Part shown: positions 14,703 to 28,721 of the stretch, one piece after another | Position numbering within the stretch: the stretch's first letter is position 1 | Layout: the number at the start of each line of letters is the position of its first letter | DNA from: Octopus vulgaris | Lineage: Eukaryota | Length of the DNA stretch: 64,000 nt | NCBI GenBank assembly: GCA_951406725.2 | Contig: OX597826.1 | Span: 1,984,001 to 2,048,000, forward strand | Reading direction: 5' to 3' | Program-made: the position numbers and the translations under genes | Notes under the pieces: generated by a model | The model's input: the letters and a program-made list of their open reading frames with translations, nothing else | Databases searched by the model: none | What the model was told of the DNA's origin: nothing

Positions 14703-14794
<92 letters not shown>
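13978..14794. repeat. Interrupted (AAT)n array of about 820 bp
   Basis: AAT repeats with recurring GAT and GGT interruptions. Confidence 0.97.
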
Positions 14795-14873
14795 GGCGAG
14801 AATAGAAAATAAGTTTACTAAATGACTATGAGTAGCAGACTAAAATAACTACAACTTCATTGTTTTTCCGCAT

Positions 14874-14908
<35 letters not shown>

Positions 14909-15160
14909 TTTCAAGACTGAAATCTCAAATAATTTGTTATTTAACAGAGGATAAAAACGTAATCCAACCAAAGTAACCAACATTTCGAACATACTAACAT
15001 AACTAACGAAGAAAAACAAACGAAAAAATAGAAAGAAACAAATAAAAATTAAAAATAAAAATAAAAATCCTGTGAGCTGGATAAAAACAACAACAGCACT
15101 AAGGAATATGAAAACAATAAAATAAAAGTAAAAGTTATATGAGAGGGAGAAAATGTACGT

Positions 15161-15193
<33 letters not shown>

Positions 15194-16053
15194 GGAGCGA
15201 GAAAGAGAGTGGAGAAGTGAGAGAGTAATAAACAGGTGACTGAGTGAGAGATGGATAGATAGAGAGAAACTGAGAGAACAATTATGAATGCATAAAATTA
15301 TATACATATATATATAAACATACATATATATATATATGTACATATATATGCATATATATATATGTATATATATATATATGTCTGTGTGTGCGTGTGTATG
15401 TGAGTTTGTGTGGTGTCAGTGCGTGAGTGTGTGTGCGTGTGTATGTGCATGTGTATATGTATGTATGTGTGTGTGAGTGTGTGTTTGTTAAATTGTAAAA
15501 AAACCAGTCTCAAACGCTCGAAACAAGTTAAGAAATTAGAAAAACAAACAAAACAAAACAAATCATGTAAAACAAATAAACGAAACAAAATAAAATATAA
15601 ATAAATAAACAAGTGATTAACATTCAAAGCTTTGTACGTTGTTGATTTCTTTTTCTTTGAAATGTTGTTGTTTTGTTGATATTTTTTGTAGTAAAACAAG
15701 ACACCCCCCCCCAAAAAAAATAAAAGCAACAGTAAAAACTCCGAAAAAAACCTTGACAAAACATTAACGACACTGCTAACTAGTACCACCACCGCCACCA
15801 CCACCACCACCACCAACACCACCGCCACCACCGCCACCACCACCACCACCACTACCATATACAAAAAACACAACCACCGCTATTATTATTACTACCATAA
15901 CCACCATCAACTACAATCAACAGTAGGAACAGCAGCAGCACCATCAGCAACATCACCACTACTTCTGTTATTACCAACACCACAACCACTAACATCAACG
16001 CTATCAGCACCAGCAACACCACCATCACACCTACTACACCCACAACCACCACC

Positions 16054-16135
<82 letters not shown>

Positions 16136-16881
16136 TCACCAGCAACATCACCACCACATCCACCACAACCACCACCACCACCACCACCACCACCACCAAC
16201 AACATCACCATCAACATCATGACCTCCAACAGCATTAGCACCAGAACAACCACTACCACTACCACCACCACTACCACCACCATGACCATCAGCATACCTC
16301 GCCGCCACCACCACTACCACCACCACTATCACCACGACTACCAATATTAACCATTGGTACTACTAAAACTAGTCAACCAACAATACTACGACCCACAGTA
16401 GTATCAATACAAATGCGTCTCCATCACCACCACTACCACCATTATCAACACCACCACCACCACCACCACCACTACCACCACAATCATCACTATTACCGCC
16501 ACCGCCAAAACAGCTACTACTACTATTACTACCACTATTACCACCACTACGACAGCAAATACAATAACTAACACGACGACCACCACCAATAAGGTGATGA
16601 CCACATTGGTACTACCACCGCTACCATCAGTATCACCGCAAGCAGTACCACAACAACGGCTGTTACCGCTAAGAAATCGCTTCAACCACCGAGAAAATAA
16701 ACCATTTCACATCAGAAAACACACAAAAAGAAGAATAAAAATAAAGAAGCAAAAAATACAAAAGAATTTTTTTTTATAATCAAGACCAAACGAAAAAAAT
16801 ATATTTGAAATAACACGCGTATACATATGTGCGCGCGCATACACACACACATGTATGTATGTATGCATGTGATTATAAATA

Positions 16882-16954
<73 letters not shown>

Positions 16955-16973
16955 CTATCTATCTATATATATC

Positions 16974-17011
<38 letters not shown>

Positions 17012-17133
17012 TATGCATATACATACATATATGTATATTTGTATATATATGTATATATATATATTCATATACGTATATATGTGTGTGTGTATATGTTTAT
17101 ATGTATATATATGTATATATATTATTATATGTA

Positions 17134-17200
<67 letters not shown>

Positions 17201-19171
17201 ATTATATTTAGAAGGAAATATTCTACATAAAATAGTATAATATTAGAAAGCTAAAACAACTGAAAGGAAGAAGAAAAAAAGAAAGTAAAGCAAGTGAGTG
17301 AAAAAAAAAACGTGAGGTTAGCAAGATGGCGCTGATGGTGAAAAAAAATGACGAAACAAAAATGAAACAGAAAAAGAAAATGGCGGAGTGAAAAAAACCC
17401 CCAAAAATATAAAAAAAACAGTAAAATACAGTAAAAAAAACAAAACAAAAATAGAATAAAAAATAGTTAAATAAACCAGTCTGATGAAGGAAGAGCAGAA
17501 ATCGAAACAGCGTTCAATTTACTTTCGAATTTAATTCTGAATGTTTAATTTTGTGAAGCAAAGTAGCGAAGATTTTTGATGTTTTTGTTTTAAAATTCTT
17601 CTTATAATTTTTTATGCTGTTTTTGTCTTATTTAAAAAAATTATATTTATTTTTGTTTATTGTCTTCATTCCACCCTGTTTTTCCCTTTCAGCCATTTAG
17701 AATTGAAAATTGCATGCTGTGAAGAACTACTACAATGTTAAATCTATCACTTCTACAAACCACTCTCTCCGACTCTCTCTTTTTCCTTCTCTCTTTCTTT
17801 CATTCAGTGTTTTTTTTATTCATTCGTTTTCTTCGTTTCTTTCTTTCTCATTTCTTAAACGATATCGACGGAAGTGGCAGCGGTGGACTCGGCTCCGCCG
17901 GTGACGCTATCCTGGTGGTGGTGGTCATCGTTTTTATAACTTCTTTTCGCTGTTCGTCATTCTGCTAATATAATTGTTGTTGTTGTTGCTGCTGTTGTCG
18001 TGCTGCAGTTTTTTTCTTGCATTTCTGGTGTTTATGTTGTCTGGCGTTTCCTCTTGTTTTTGTTGTTGCCGTGCTCGTGTGTTTTTTTGGTTTTAATTGT
18101 ATGTCTGTGTATTTTTTATTTTGATGTTATTGCTGATCTTGTTTGCCTTTTCTTGTATGTGATTATTGTGTTTGCTGTTGTTGTTATTCTTGTTGTAGCT
18201 GTAGTAGTAGTAATAGTAGTAGTAGTAGTAGTTGTTGTTGTTGTACTTGATGATGTTTTTACTTCCTGTTGTTTCTGGTTTTTGGTGCTTTTGAGTTTCA
18301 TGTTTTTGTGCTTATATTTTTTGTTAATCTTCAGACCCGTGGTGGTGATGGGACGTCGTTGTTTACGTTGCCTCTGTCATTAATAATATTGGTTTGGCAG
18401 TGATGATGATGATGATGATGATTGTAATGTTTTATTTGATGCATATCGTATCACTGGTGAATCTCTGGCTTACCCCAGGTCATCCTCGATCAAGCAAACG
18501 TACGTTCAAACTCGTTCCAGAACTGACCATCCCAACAGCGTATACATCAAAATATACATTGTCCGATATGACTATTTTACAAGGTAGCGCGTTGCTGATG
18601 CGACGAACAAGTGGCCCCTATATCTAGCCCGTCATTTGACCAACTTGGAATCCCCTTCGTTGGTTAGATAAATGCACGGATCACCTGACGCTTCTTGGTG
18701 ATATTGATGATGGTGGCTGTGGTGGTGCTGGTGGTTGTGGTAGGTGTGTCGTTGTTGGTGGTGGTAATGGTCGTGATGGTGATGCTGCTAGTGGTAGTGA
18801 CAGCGACGGTGTGGTGGCTGTAGTGTTGGTGGTGGCGGTGGTGGTAATAATGATTGAGACGTTACTGTTAATGTTTCGATCTCATTGTTTACAAAGACGT
18901 GTTCGTTTACGAAGCGTATTCACTTTCTGTCCTGGCTCTAATTCCTATAGAAAATCGGTGGAGATAACATTAAAACGTATTTGTATCGCACTGTTAACAC
19001 AGATAAAACATGGCATTGAATTCTTAGCTTTTAACGTAGCAGCACATTATGGTTGCATAACGTAATACTGTGTCCCTACCAGCAATTAATAATTGCGTTT
19101 AGTATTTATGATAGTGATGTATTTACATTATTTACACTTGACGGATATTTTTCTTCATCTTGTTTGTTGTT

Positions 19172-19217
19172 AACACAACGTTTCGGCTGATATACCCTCC
19201 AGGTTTCATCAGGTGTC
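19172..19217 (-). ncRNA. Type I minimal HHR
   Basis: rc: GACAC-CTGATGA-AACCTG GAGGGTATAT CAGCC-GAA-ACGT-T-GTGTT. Base of stem II is damaged. Confidence 0.65.
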
Positions 19218-19260
19218 TTGGAGAAATTTCGAACCTCGGTATTTTTCGATGTTGTTGTTG

Positions 19261-19316
<56 letters not shown>

Positions 19317-19376
19317 TGATTATCTTCATTATTATTATTATTATTATTATTATTTTATTATTATCATTTTATTATC

Positions 19377-19494
<118 letters not shown>

Positions 19495-19517
19495 CATCAT
19501 CATCATTATCATCATCA

Positions 19518-19551
<34 letters not shown>

Positions 19552-19597
19552 CATTATTATTATCATTATTATTATTATTATTATTATTTTATTATTA

Positions 19598-19661
<64 letters not shown>

Positions 19662-19711
19662 CATTATTATTATTATTATTATTATTATCATTATTATTAT
19701 TATTATTATTA

Positions 19712-19751
<40 letters not shown>

Positions 19752-19881
19752 CATTATTATTATTATTATTATCATTATTATTATTATTATTATTATTATC
19801 ATTATTATTATTATTATTATTATTTTATTATTATCATTATTATTATTATTATTATTATCATCATCATTATTATTATTATCA

Positions 19882-19925
<44 letters not shown>

Positions 19926-20015
19926 GTTATCATCATTATTATTATTATTATCATTATTATTATTATTATTATTTTATTATTATCATTATTATTATTATTA
20001 TTATTATCATCATCA

Positions 20016-20061
<46 letters not shown>

Positions 20062-20085
20062 CATCATCATCATTATTATTATTAC

Positions 20086-20128
<43 letters not shown>

Positions 20129-20129
<1 letters not shown>

Positions 20130-20499
20130 TATGTTTGACTTTTGCTTTATATTTGTAGTGTCTTCCCGACTCAAGAGACAACAGGGTAGGTTGTTGTTAT
20201 GCCTAGTGTGCCATATATTTGGGGGTGGGGAAACTCATAGTATACATTGGTAGGCCAGTTAAACTATCTTTTGAAACTCAATAGTTCGTTCTATTTTTTT
20301 TTTTTAGTTTCAGCTTCCACATTTTGTGATTTCTATTTCAAGTTTTATATTTGCTCAGTTTTTGGTAGGTCTTGACAGATACGTTTATATCGATGAGCAA
20401 GCAATATGATGTCAGTTCTCCTGTCACATCGACAATGCTCTTCTCAATACATTATTATTATTATTATTATTATACAGACACGTTGGACTGCTTCTGATC

Positions 20500-20538
<39 letters not shown>

Positions 20539-20594
20539 TGTCGATATCTGCATTATTCGCTCTCTTTGGGTATTTGCCATTATTATTATTATTC

Positions 20595-20639
<45 letters not shown>

Positions 20640-20676
20640 GTATTTTATCCAGTCCTCAGAGTTTTCATTATTATTA

Positions 20677-20716
<40 letters not shown>

Positions 20717-21120
20717 CTCAGTAGGTCACTGCCGACTGGTATAGCTAATGCATTGATTGTTGATCCTGTTTCTTGCATTCAGCTCTGTCTTGAGTATTGC
20801 TCTACCTTCGATAGCATTCTCTCCTGATCCTTTCCTTCATCTCTGAATGCCTTATTCCGTTCCCTTCAATTATCCCTAGGTACTTGTAGCTCTCCGCTGG
20901 GTCTAGTTCTTTTATGACATTCTGTTGGTCAATTAGATGTTTCTGTCATTTTCTAAAGGTAGCCTTTGCACATTTATCGAGGCCGAATTGCATTCTGATG
21001 TCGTCACGAATTGTTTGACTATCGCAGTAAGCCCTTGAGTTGTTGATCATTTTTTGCAAAAGCTTTAAATCATCCATGTAAACGAGATGATTTATATTTT
21101 ATCAAACATTTTATACCATT
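20129..21120 (-). mobile_element. Fragmented R4/Dong-clade (RLE) LINE
   Basis: rc encodes INHLVYMDDLKL, QFGLDKCAK, YKYLGIIE and ILKTELNARNRI (R4/Dong RT) with frameshifts. The 3' end matches 33700-34118 and abuts (TAA)n. Confidence 0.85.
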
Positions 21121-21127
21121 ATTATCA

Positions 21128-21167
<40 letters not shown>

Positions 21168-21172
21168 CATCA

Positions 21173-21253
<81 letters not shown>

Positions 21254-21311
21254 GGTCACTGTGATGAACTCGGAATCTTGGGGTTAGTAGCGCGCTTAAC
21301 CACTACGCACA

Positions 21312-21600
21312 TGGGAATATGACGTAGTGGTTATGGGTGCGGGCTACTAACCCCAAGATTCCGAGTTCGATTCCAAGCTGTGACCTGAACAATAACAATA
21401 ACAACAACAACAATAGTAATAATAACATCGAAAAAATAGCTTAGGGATGAGAACACATGTTCGAAAATTCCCCAAGACACCTGAAGATGGCTGGAGGGTA
21501 TATCAACCGAAACGTTGTGTTAACAACAAACAAGATGAGGAAAAATATCCGTCAAATGTAAATAATGTACATAATTCCTCATCTCTTAAATATAAAACTG
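21312..21600 (+). mobile_element. Right arm: tRNA-like head + (AAT/AAC)n + pLTR-like tail with HHR
   Basis: A box TGACGTAGTGG, anticodon-arm-like GGG-CTACTAA-CCC, B box GAGTTCGATTCC, then HHR at 21476-21521. Confidence 0.8.
21476..21521 (+). ncRNA. Type I minimal HHR
   Basis: GACAC-CTGAAGA-T-GGCTG GAGGGTATAT CAACC-GAA-ACGT-T-GTGTT. Confidence 0.7.
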
Positions 21601-22539
21601 TATTTTGATAATTGATGTATTTTGATAATATTGTTGATATTATTATTGCTGAGGTGACAGCATCTGGTTGTGACTGCTTTCGTGTTGGCAAATGTTTTCT
21701 TAGAATTTCTGTTGTTGTTATTGGTATTGCAAATGAGGACCATGACGTCAACGATGAAGAAGAGAATGATGGCGATGACAGTAAAGACGATGAGGATAAT
21801 GATGATGATGATGATGATGATGATGATGGTGGTGCTGATGGTGGTGATGATGGTGATGGCGATGATGATTGTGATGACGATGATGATAATGATGATGATG
21901 AAGATGGGGATGATGATGATGATCATGGTGATGATGATGGTGATGGTGATGATGATGATGATGATGCTGATGAGGAAGATGATGAAGACGACGATGACGA
22001 CGACGATGATGATGATGATGACGATGATGATGATGGCGAGGATGATAATGATGATAATGGTGATGACGATGGCAAGGATAATGATGATGATGGTGATGAT
22101 GATGATGATGATGAGGATAATGATGATGACGACAATGACGATACTGGTGATGATGAGAATGATTATGATTATCGCAATGCCGGTGCTATTGTTGTTTGGC
22201 ATTTTCAAAAATATTTCTGTTCTAGAGGTGCCCATCGTAGAGACAGATATGTTGTTATTATTATTGCTGCTGTTATTGTGAAGTGGATGTTGATGATGAT
22301 GTTTGAGACTACTGTTGTGAAACTCAATTGAGCTAACCTATGATCATAGGCCTTTCAGTCGTGACTATCACCTCTTTTTACATACAAGGATCAAAGGTAT
22401 ATACATAAATAAAAAATATATATATACACACACACACATACGTACATACACACTTTCACACACTCATATATATTACATATTCATGGAAAAAGGAAGCTTA
22501 AAATACACTGGGAGTTTCTTAAGTTGTTTATTTTTTATT

Positions 22540-23310
22540 GGTTTAACCGGTTTCACAATTTTATCTGATTTTCAAAATTCAAGTGAGATAAAATAAAGTA
22601 AAGCTATGCCACAACTGTCTCCTTTCTGACAGGAATTCGGAAATCCTCGTTCCTACAGTGAGAACATCGCATCAGTTGCTATCTGTGTAGGACACAATTT
22701 GATTGGCAGAGGATGATCTCATGATTAGGCTTAATATCATGTTGAAAAACTATCTGGTGACAGTCCAAAACATTCAAGGCTCTCTAAATTTTATCTGTTA
22801 TGTGGTTGAGTGGACAGGAATTGTTTGAATGAAATAAAATTTTGTTAGTTCTCTTTTATTGTTCGTAGGTTAACGTTTGCGGTTCGTAGGTTATTGCTGC
22901 TGCTGATATTCCAGTCGTGGTCTGTATTTTGGTGCAATACTTTTTCTTTATTCATTTGTGTTTGAATTGTGGTAGTGTTTGAATTAAAGTAAAGTGGGAG
23001 AAAAGTAATCAATGTATACCATGACTAAATAGGCATAAATCGGAGGAACTTTTGTGACCATCGCAGTCCTAGATTGTTGCATGTAAATATTATCAATAAA
23101 GTAAAAAAAAAAAAAAAAACGCCCTTCGATCATGAAACTTTTTAGAATTCTATCCGAGATTTCATGAGGGAAATTTTAGAGCCAGATGCCCATTGCCTCT
23201 TGTTCATATTGGTGTGGGATCGTGGAACTGAGGTTTACTACATCAACTGATAAAATAATGGCATCTTTGTTGATGATTTTTGGGTTGTGGTTTGGCAGAT
23301 CAAGGATCTG
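22540..23310 (-). mobile_element. Degenerate Penelope-like element RT fragment
   Basis: rc: DAIILSVDVVNLSSTIPH...EISDRILKSFMIEG...IYMQQSRTAMVTKVPPIYAYLVMVY. This matches the PLE RT motifs (S.DV.nLYT.IP; Y.Q..G.AMG...aP..ANl.M). The left boundary is uncertain. Confidence 0.8.
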
Positions 23311-23387
23311 TTCACATCTCTTTTCTATATTTCTACTCGTGTGGAATGAAATAAATTTCCTCCTCTCTCTCTATCTATACATACACG

Positions 23388-23479
<92 letters not shown>

Positions 23480-24376
23480 TACACACACGCTTACATATAC
23501 ATTCACATACATATATGCATACATACATGTTTCTGTACCTGTATGTTTATATTATAGCAGCAGAGTTTTTTATGAGACAATGTAGGTTCCTCTTTGTTCG
23601 TTTATTTTGTTAAGAACAGCTGGTTCGTCGTTTCAGAAAGCTTCTTTGTCTAAGGTGTTAAATCTATATATAATCCTTTTAGGATGAATAATCAAATGAA
23701 TGCTTAGTATCCTTCAACTGTGCAGTGACTCTCTAAAACCAGTGAACCCTTAGCGTGCATTATTATATCGACATCAGTATAATATAGATTATGACGCGTC
23801 CTCCTAAATTCCCGGTCCTCAGAGAGGAGGGGGGTTACACATTGATTGATAGTATTCGACAATATCGAATCGGGAAAATTCCTCTCAATATTTAACGCTA
23901 ATGTTACTTAGACATGACAAGGATAAGGAAATGAAGACAGAAGAGCATGTACCTTTTATGTTTTATCTTTTACTTGTTTCAGTCATTGGACTGCGGCTAA
24001 GCTGGATCATCTCCTTCAAGGGTTTTAGTCCAACAAATCGCTACTACTTTTTGGTGAGTTTTTATACACGGCGTTATATACGCGGTACCACAAACGCAAA
24101 TATTATATATCTAAGCATTCTCTGTAAGGACAACATCGTTTTATTGTAAAGTTTAATATTCTTATATTTTGGAACACGTGTGACATCTACTTGAAGTAGT
24201 AAATACCACATATGCTCTACCCCACCCCCACCCACGCATGCACTCACTGCGCAGGGTATTTGTTAATGGTTATGCATAAAATTCTTGGTGCTTGAATCAC
24301 TTTTGTATCCTTTTGATTAAGTATATATACATGTTCGTACGTGCGTGCGTACATAGTATGTATGTATATTTATATA

Positions 24377-25255
24377 TACGTGGCCTGTTCAATAAGTATC
24401 TGGGCTGTTGCCATAGTAACAAAGCTAAAGCACGCAGAGTAAAGCCGCTTGGTACAAAATAACCTTGAATTCTGCTGTGCATGCGTACTAAGTTTTAACG
24501 TTCTAGCTCACTTCCGCTGTTTACACCGTGAAGCGTGTGTTCGCCACATTGACTATGGCAGAGAAAGCTGAGCTGAGAATCTGCATCAAATTTTGCCAAA
24601 AGCTTGGTGATACCAGCTCATAGGTATACGCAAAGTTTTCAAAATGTTTTCATCGTTCTCGACAGAATCAAAGAGATCTTGTGCAACTGAAACCCGAGTG
24701 TTCTTTTGGTCAGCTGAAAGCAGTTTTGGCACAAACTTGGCAGACACGCATTTCATACCCAAATCTTCAGTGGTAATGGACTGAACTGAACCGTAACTAA
24801 TCCGTACACCCTTTGTTAACTTACAGATGGTGGTTCGACGATTTCCCTTCACATCTACTCGCACATCTGCGATGTTTTTCTCAGTTCTGCTGGTTGCGGG
24901 TTACCCAGAACGTTCGCCACTATCGACATTTTTCGACCATCTTGGAAATTCTGAACCACTCGTACACTTGTGCGCGGCTCATGCACTCCTCTCTATACAC
25001 TTTCTGCAACCTTGCATAGGCCTCTGAGCAGGTATCGCAATGACAACTTTCTCTGTCATGGTCAATGCAACGATCACATGTTGCACACGTTACTTCGAAG
25101 CCCTACTACAAACAGAGGAAATGCTCTATAAGGTTAAAACTTAGTGCGCTTGCACAGCAGAGGTCACGGTCAATCTGCGCCAAGCGGTTCCACTCTATGT
25201 GTTTTAGCTTCATTACTATGGCAACAGTCCGGATACTTATCGATCAGACCTCCTA
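24377..25255. mobile_element. Non-autonomous mariner derivative built from two inverted 5' ends
   Basis: Inverted ends TACGTGGCCTGTTCAATAAGTATC / GATACTTATCGATCAGACCTCCTA extend for more than 120 bp. Plus strand encodes MAEKAELRICIKFCQKLG. Minus strand encodes MSRAQVYEWF...LGMKCVSAKFVPKLLS. Confidence 0.9.
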
Positions 25256-25550
25256 TGTACAGTATGTTTATAACAACATTTGTATGCATGTATGGGAACG
25301 AATATGCATGCATGTATGGGAGCGAGTAGGTTTGCACTTGAGTGCGTTTGAATGTATGTGTGAATATTATATAACGCACACTCCCTCACACACACAAACA
25401 GAGGCTCACCACCCCACCTACACGCATTATGCAAAGGTGATATGTTTGATTCTACCAGTGGAAGAGAGAAAACATATTTTCTGGAATCTTAGACCCGTTT
25501 TCTTTAGAGTAGGCATGAAAATAGGGATTTTTTTTACCTTCATCACATAC

Positions 25551-25654
25551 CTCGTAGATTACAGAATATAGTGTGTGCCTGTTTCACGAAGAATACCAAG
25601 TTTCTTTTTTGCTCTATCCATATCAACATGGGATTTCTTTTACTTTGAAGACAT
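25551..25654 (-). CDS. Candidate internal exon (phase 2 to phase 1)
   Basis: rc: T-rich tract ...cattttatgttAG / 104 nt / GAG|GTATGT. Only one frame is open, CLQSKRNPMLIWIEQKRNLVFFVKQAHTIFCNLR, and its end phase fits exon 1032-1309. Confidence 0.25.
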
Positions 25655-26375
25655 CTAACATAAAATGAAAAAAAAAAAAAAAAAAAAACAAACAAAATCC
25701 AAAAGGTACGTAATCTTGTTATCCAAGTTGTAGTCGGAGCCTTTACACTTAACGTTTGATTTGAATGTTAATAAAAAAATTCTTAAACATAAATTTAAAG
25801 GAAACTTAAAAGTGTACTTCTTGACATTCCGAATACCTTTTCAGAGTTTTTATAGAATAAGACAGAACCCTGTCATCCATTTTCTCTGTGTACAATTTTA
25901 ATCTCTTCTTTCTTAACCGAAATATTGACTCTTAAAGATGAAAGTCGAAAATCTGGAAATATTCGGAGTTTCGTTCTTCATAAAAAAACAATATGTGACT
26001 TTGAAAATACGCTTTTTTCTTATAGACCAATGCTAGAAAGAGTGTGTGAAGGCAGTTTTGCAACGTTTGGAGTAAATAAGCTATTTATGTTGCATTATAT
26101 AATATATTTTACCGCATTAGATTTACAATAACATGTTTTACTGAGATCACATGTGCATATGTGAATACGTACGTACGTATGTATGTATGTATGTATGTAT
26201 GTATGTATGTATGTATGTATGTATGTGTGTATGTGTATGTGTGCGCATGCGTGTATGCATGCACATGTATGTATGTATCTATATATGTATGTATCTATAT
26301 ATGTATGTATGTATGTATGTATCTATCTATCTATCTATCTATCTCTATCTCTATCTATTTCCCTCTATCTCTATT

Positions 26376-26412
<37 letters not shown>

Positions 26413-26461
26413 CTATCTTCTATCCATCCATCCATCCATCCATCCATCCATCCATCCATCC

Positions 26462-26528
<67 letters not shown>

Positions 26529-26553
26529 CATCCATCCATCCATCCATCCATCC

Positions 26554-26616
<63 letters not shown>

Positions 26617-26617
<1 letters not shown>

Positions 26618-28138
26618 CGAGAGGAAACTGTCCCTAAAAGGTCGGGCGGAGGTGGCGAACACGTACATCGCGTCCATCATCTACTACCGCCTGACCGTCG
26701 TACCTTGTCCCGACCCTACCATCACCAAACTAGAACGCATTCTCTTCCACTTCTTGTGGAAAGGATGCGTCCCGATGGTCAGGCGAACCATTTGCTGTCA
26801 ACACCCGTTAAAAGGAGGGCTGGGCATGCCGTGGTTGATGATGCGCAGACACGCGCTAAGACTGCGACATCTCCGGCTCTATGACCGAACTCGTCTCCAT
26901 GACCGAACTGCAGTCGTGGATCAAAAAGAGGCCGAGGAAGGGCGAATGGCACTGCGAGTGTCGCGTTGCTCTCAAGCAACTCTGCCGTCCCGGGTCGACC
27001 TTGAGTGACTTCAACACAACCAAAGCATTCTATAGGGGATTAGTGGAGGGGAGGTACGACGACGATCTTGGGGCAAACCTGGGCGTCAACGAGGAATACC
27101 TGACCCGCCTGTTTGAAACGACGCGCCTGAAAGGATTAGAGGTGGACGCGCCTGAAAGGATTAGAGACAAACACTTTCCTCTCTGGTCAATCTCTAGTCA
27201 ATACCTGACCCGCCTGTTTGAAACGACTTTCGGGCCGGGACCTATAGACAACTTCCAGAGATCCCTGGCCTGGCGGTGCTACCGAGAAGCTCTACCCGTT
27301 CGGGATAATCTCTATAGGCATGGCTCGAGAAACACGGGGCCGACCTGCCCGAGAGGCGGGCAGAGCGACGAAACTGCTCTGCACGCAATCGTGCAGTGTC
27401 CAGCAATTTCCGACCTGTGGGCTTATGTCGAACGACTGCTGTCACGTGTGGGACGAGTCGGTTTATCAGCCGAGTCTATCGTTAATATCGTCACGGCTCC
27501 CTCCTTCAAACGGGAAGGAAGAGCTATTTTTATCATACTTGTGGCTATGGCGAAAGAATGTATCTGGTGGACGCGCCTGAAAGGATTAGAGACAAACACT
27601 TTCCTCTCTGGTCAATCTCTCATCAACTTCTTCAAGTATCACTTGAAGAGGAAAGTGAGAGTAGAGAGGCAAGTTTTGTCTAGTGAATGTTTTAAAAAAA
27701 GATGGGTGAATGTAGCAATGATGGCACGTATGAATGACGAAGCCACCTTGACTATGATTCTATGAACCGTAAAAATGAATACAGAGAGTTGCTTATTTGC
27801 AAAAAAAAAAAAAAGAAATATAACATGTGACTTCATTGACCAAGGTTACCGTGGTCTTTCTCTGTAGGCTTTTCTTTCCACGGGTAAACCACCTGTCCTC
27901 CCCTTTACACTTCATATTGACATTTCTGTGATAACGATCCCTATTGATCAATTTTTTTTCTTTTCCCTTCCCCCCATTTTTTTTTTATTTTATTCCCCCC
28001 TTTTTTTGTCCTCTTTCTTTCCCTTTACGATCCCTTTTGATCGAAAACCAAACCCCCTTCTTTTACCCCCAAAAGAAAAGCTCTACCTTGTAATTTTGTC
28101 CTGTCTGTGTGCAGCCCTGTGTGGTTAATAAAGAAACA
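26617..28138 (+). mobile_element. 5'-truncated Tx1/L1-clade LINE (ORF2 C-terminus and 3' UTR)
   Basis: [11 protein letters not shown]...FLWKG...PLKGGLGMP, then the zf-RVT region LAWRCYREALPVRDNL..CPR..DETALHAIVQCP. AATAAA at 28127. (TATC)n on both sides. Confidence 0.92.
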
Positions 28139-28194
<56 letters not shown>

Positions 28195-28474
28195 AATCTA
28201 TCTATCTATCTATCTAAATGTGTATATATATGTAGTGAACAGCACTGACGACACCGGTTTGACTTTGAATCTCTTTAACAATTCAAAATAATGAATCTAA
28301 TTCCTCTTAATTCCTCACCTCAGTTCATCTAATTCTATTCATTTATTGCTAGTTTTCACAAAAAGCCTTTATCATTTTTCATATTCAATGTGCATTTTCG
28401 TTTTTTTTTCTTGTTATTTTCCCCATTTCTTTTCCACATGTAGTTTCTATTTTCTTTCTGAAACATATTTCTAT

Positions 28475-28566
<92 letters not shown>

Positions 28567-28721
28567 AATATATATTTTTCCATACACGTCATCTCCGAAG
28601 ACCACGTTGTGTTATATAACTACCCATATCCGGCTAATAACTAATACCTAATATGAAACCGTTTGAAAGGTTTCGCTGAAATGGATCTATAATATTATGA
28701 AGTTTGATCAGTGTACAGTAA

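Noticed and set aside
13922-14825. Long poly-N/poly-I ORFs, and likewise the poly-H/S, poly-D/M, YI, LSIY and CV ORFs throughout
   Set aside because: They are translations of stop-free microsatellites, with no coding signal.
17474-17520. CTGATGA...GAAAC hammerhead-like spacing
   Set aside because: No convincing stem I or stem II pairing.
21312-21386. tRNA gene
   Set aside because: No acceptor stem, and it continues into a repeat body. This and the other A/B-box hits are SINE heads.
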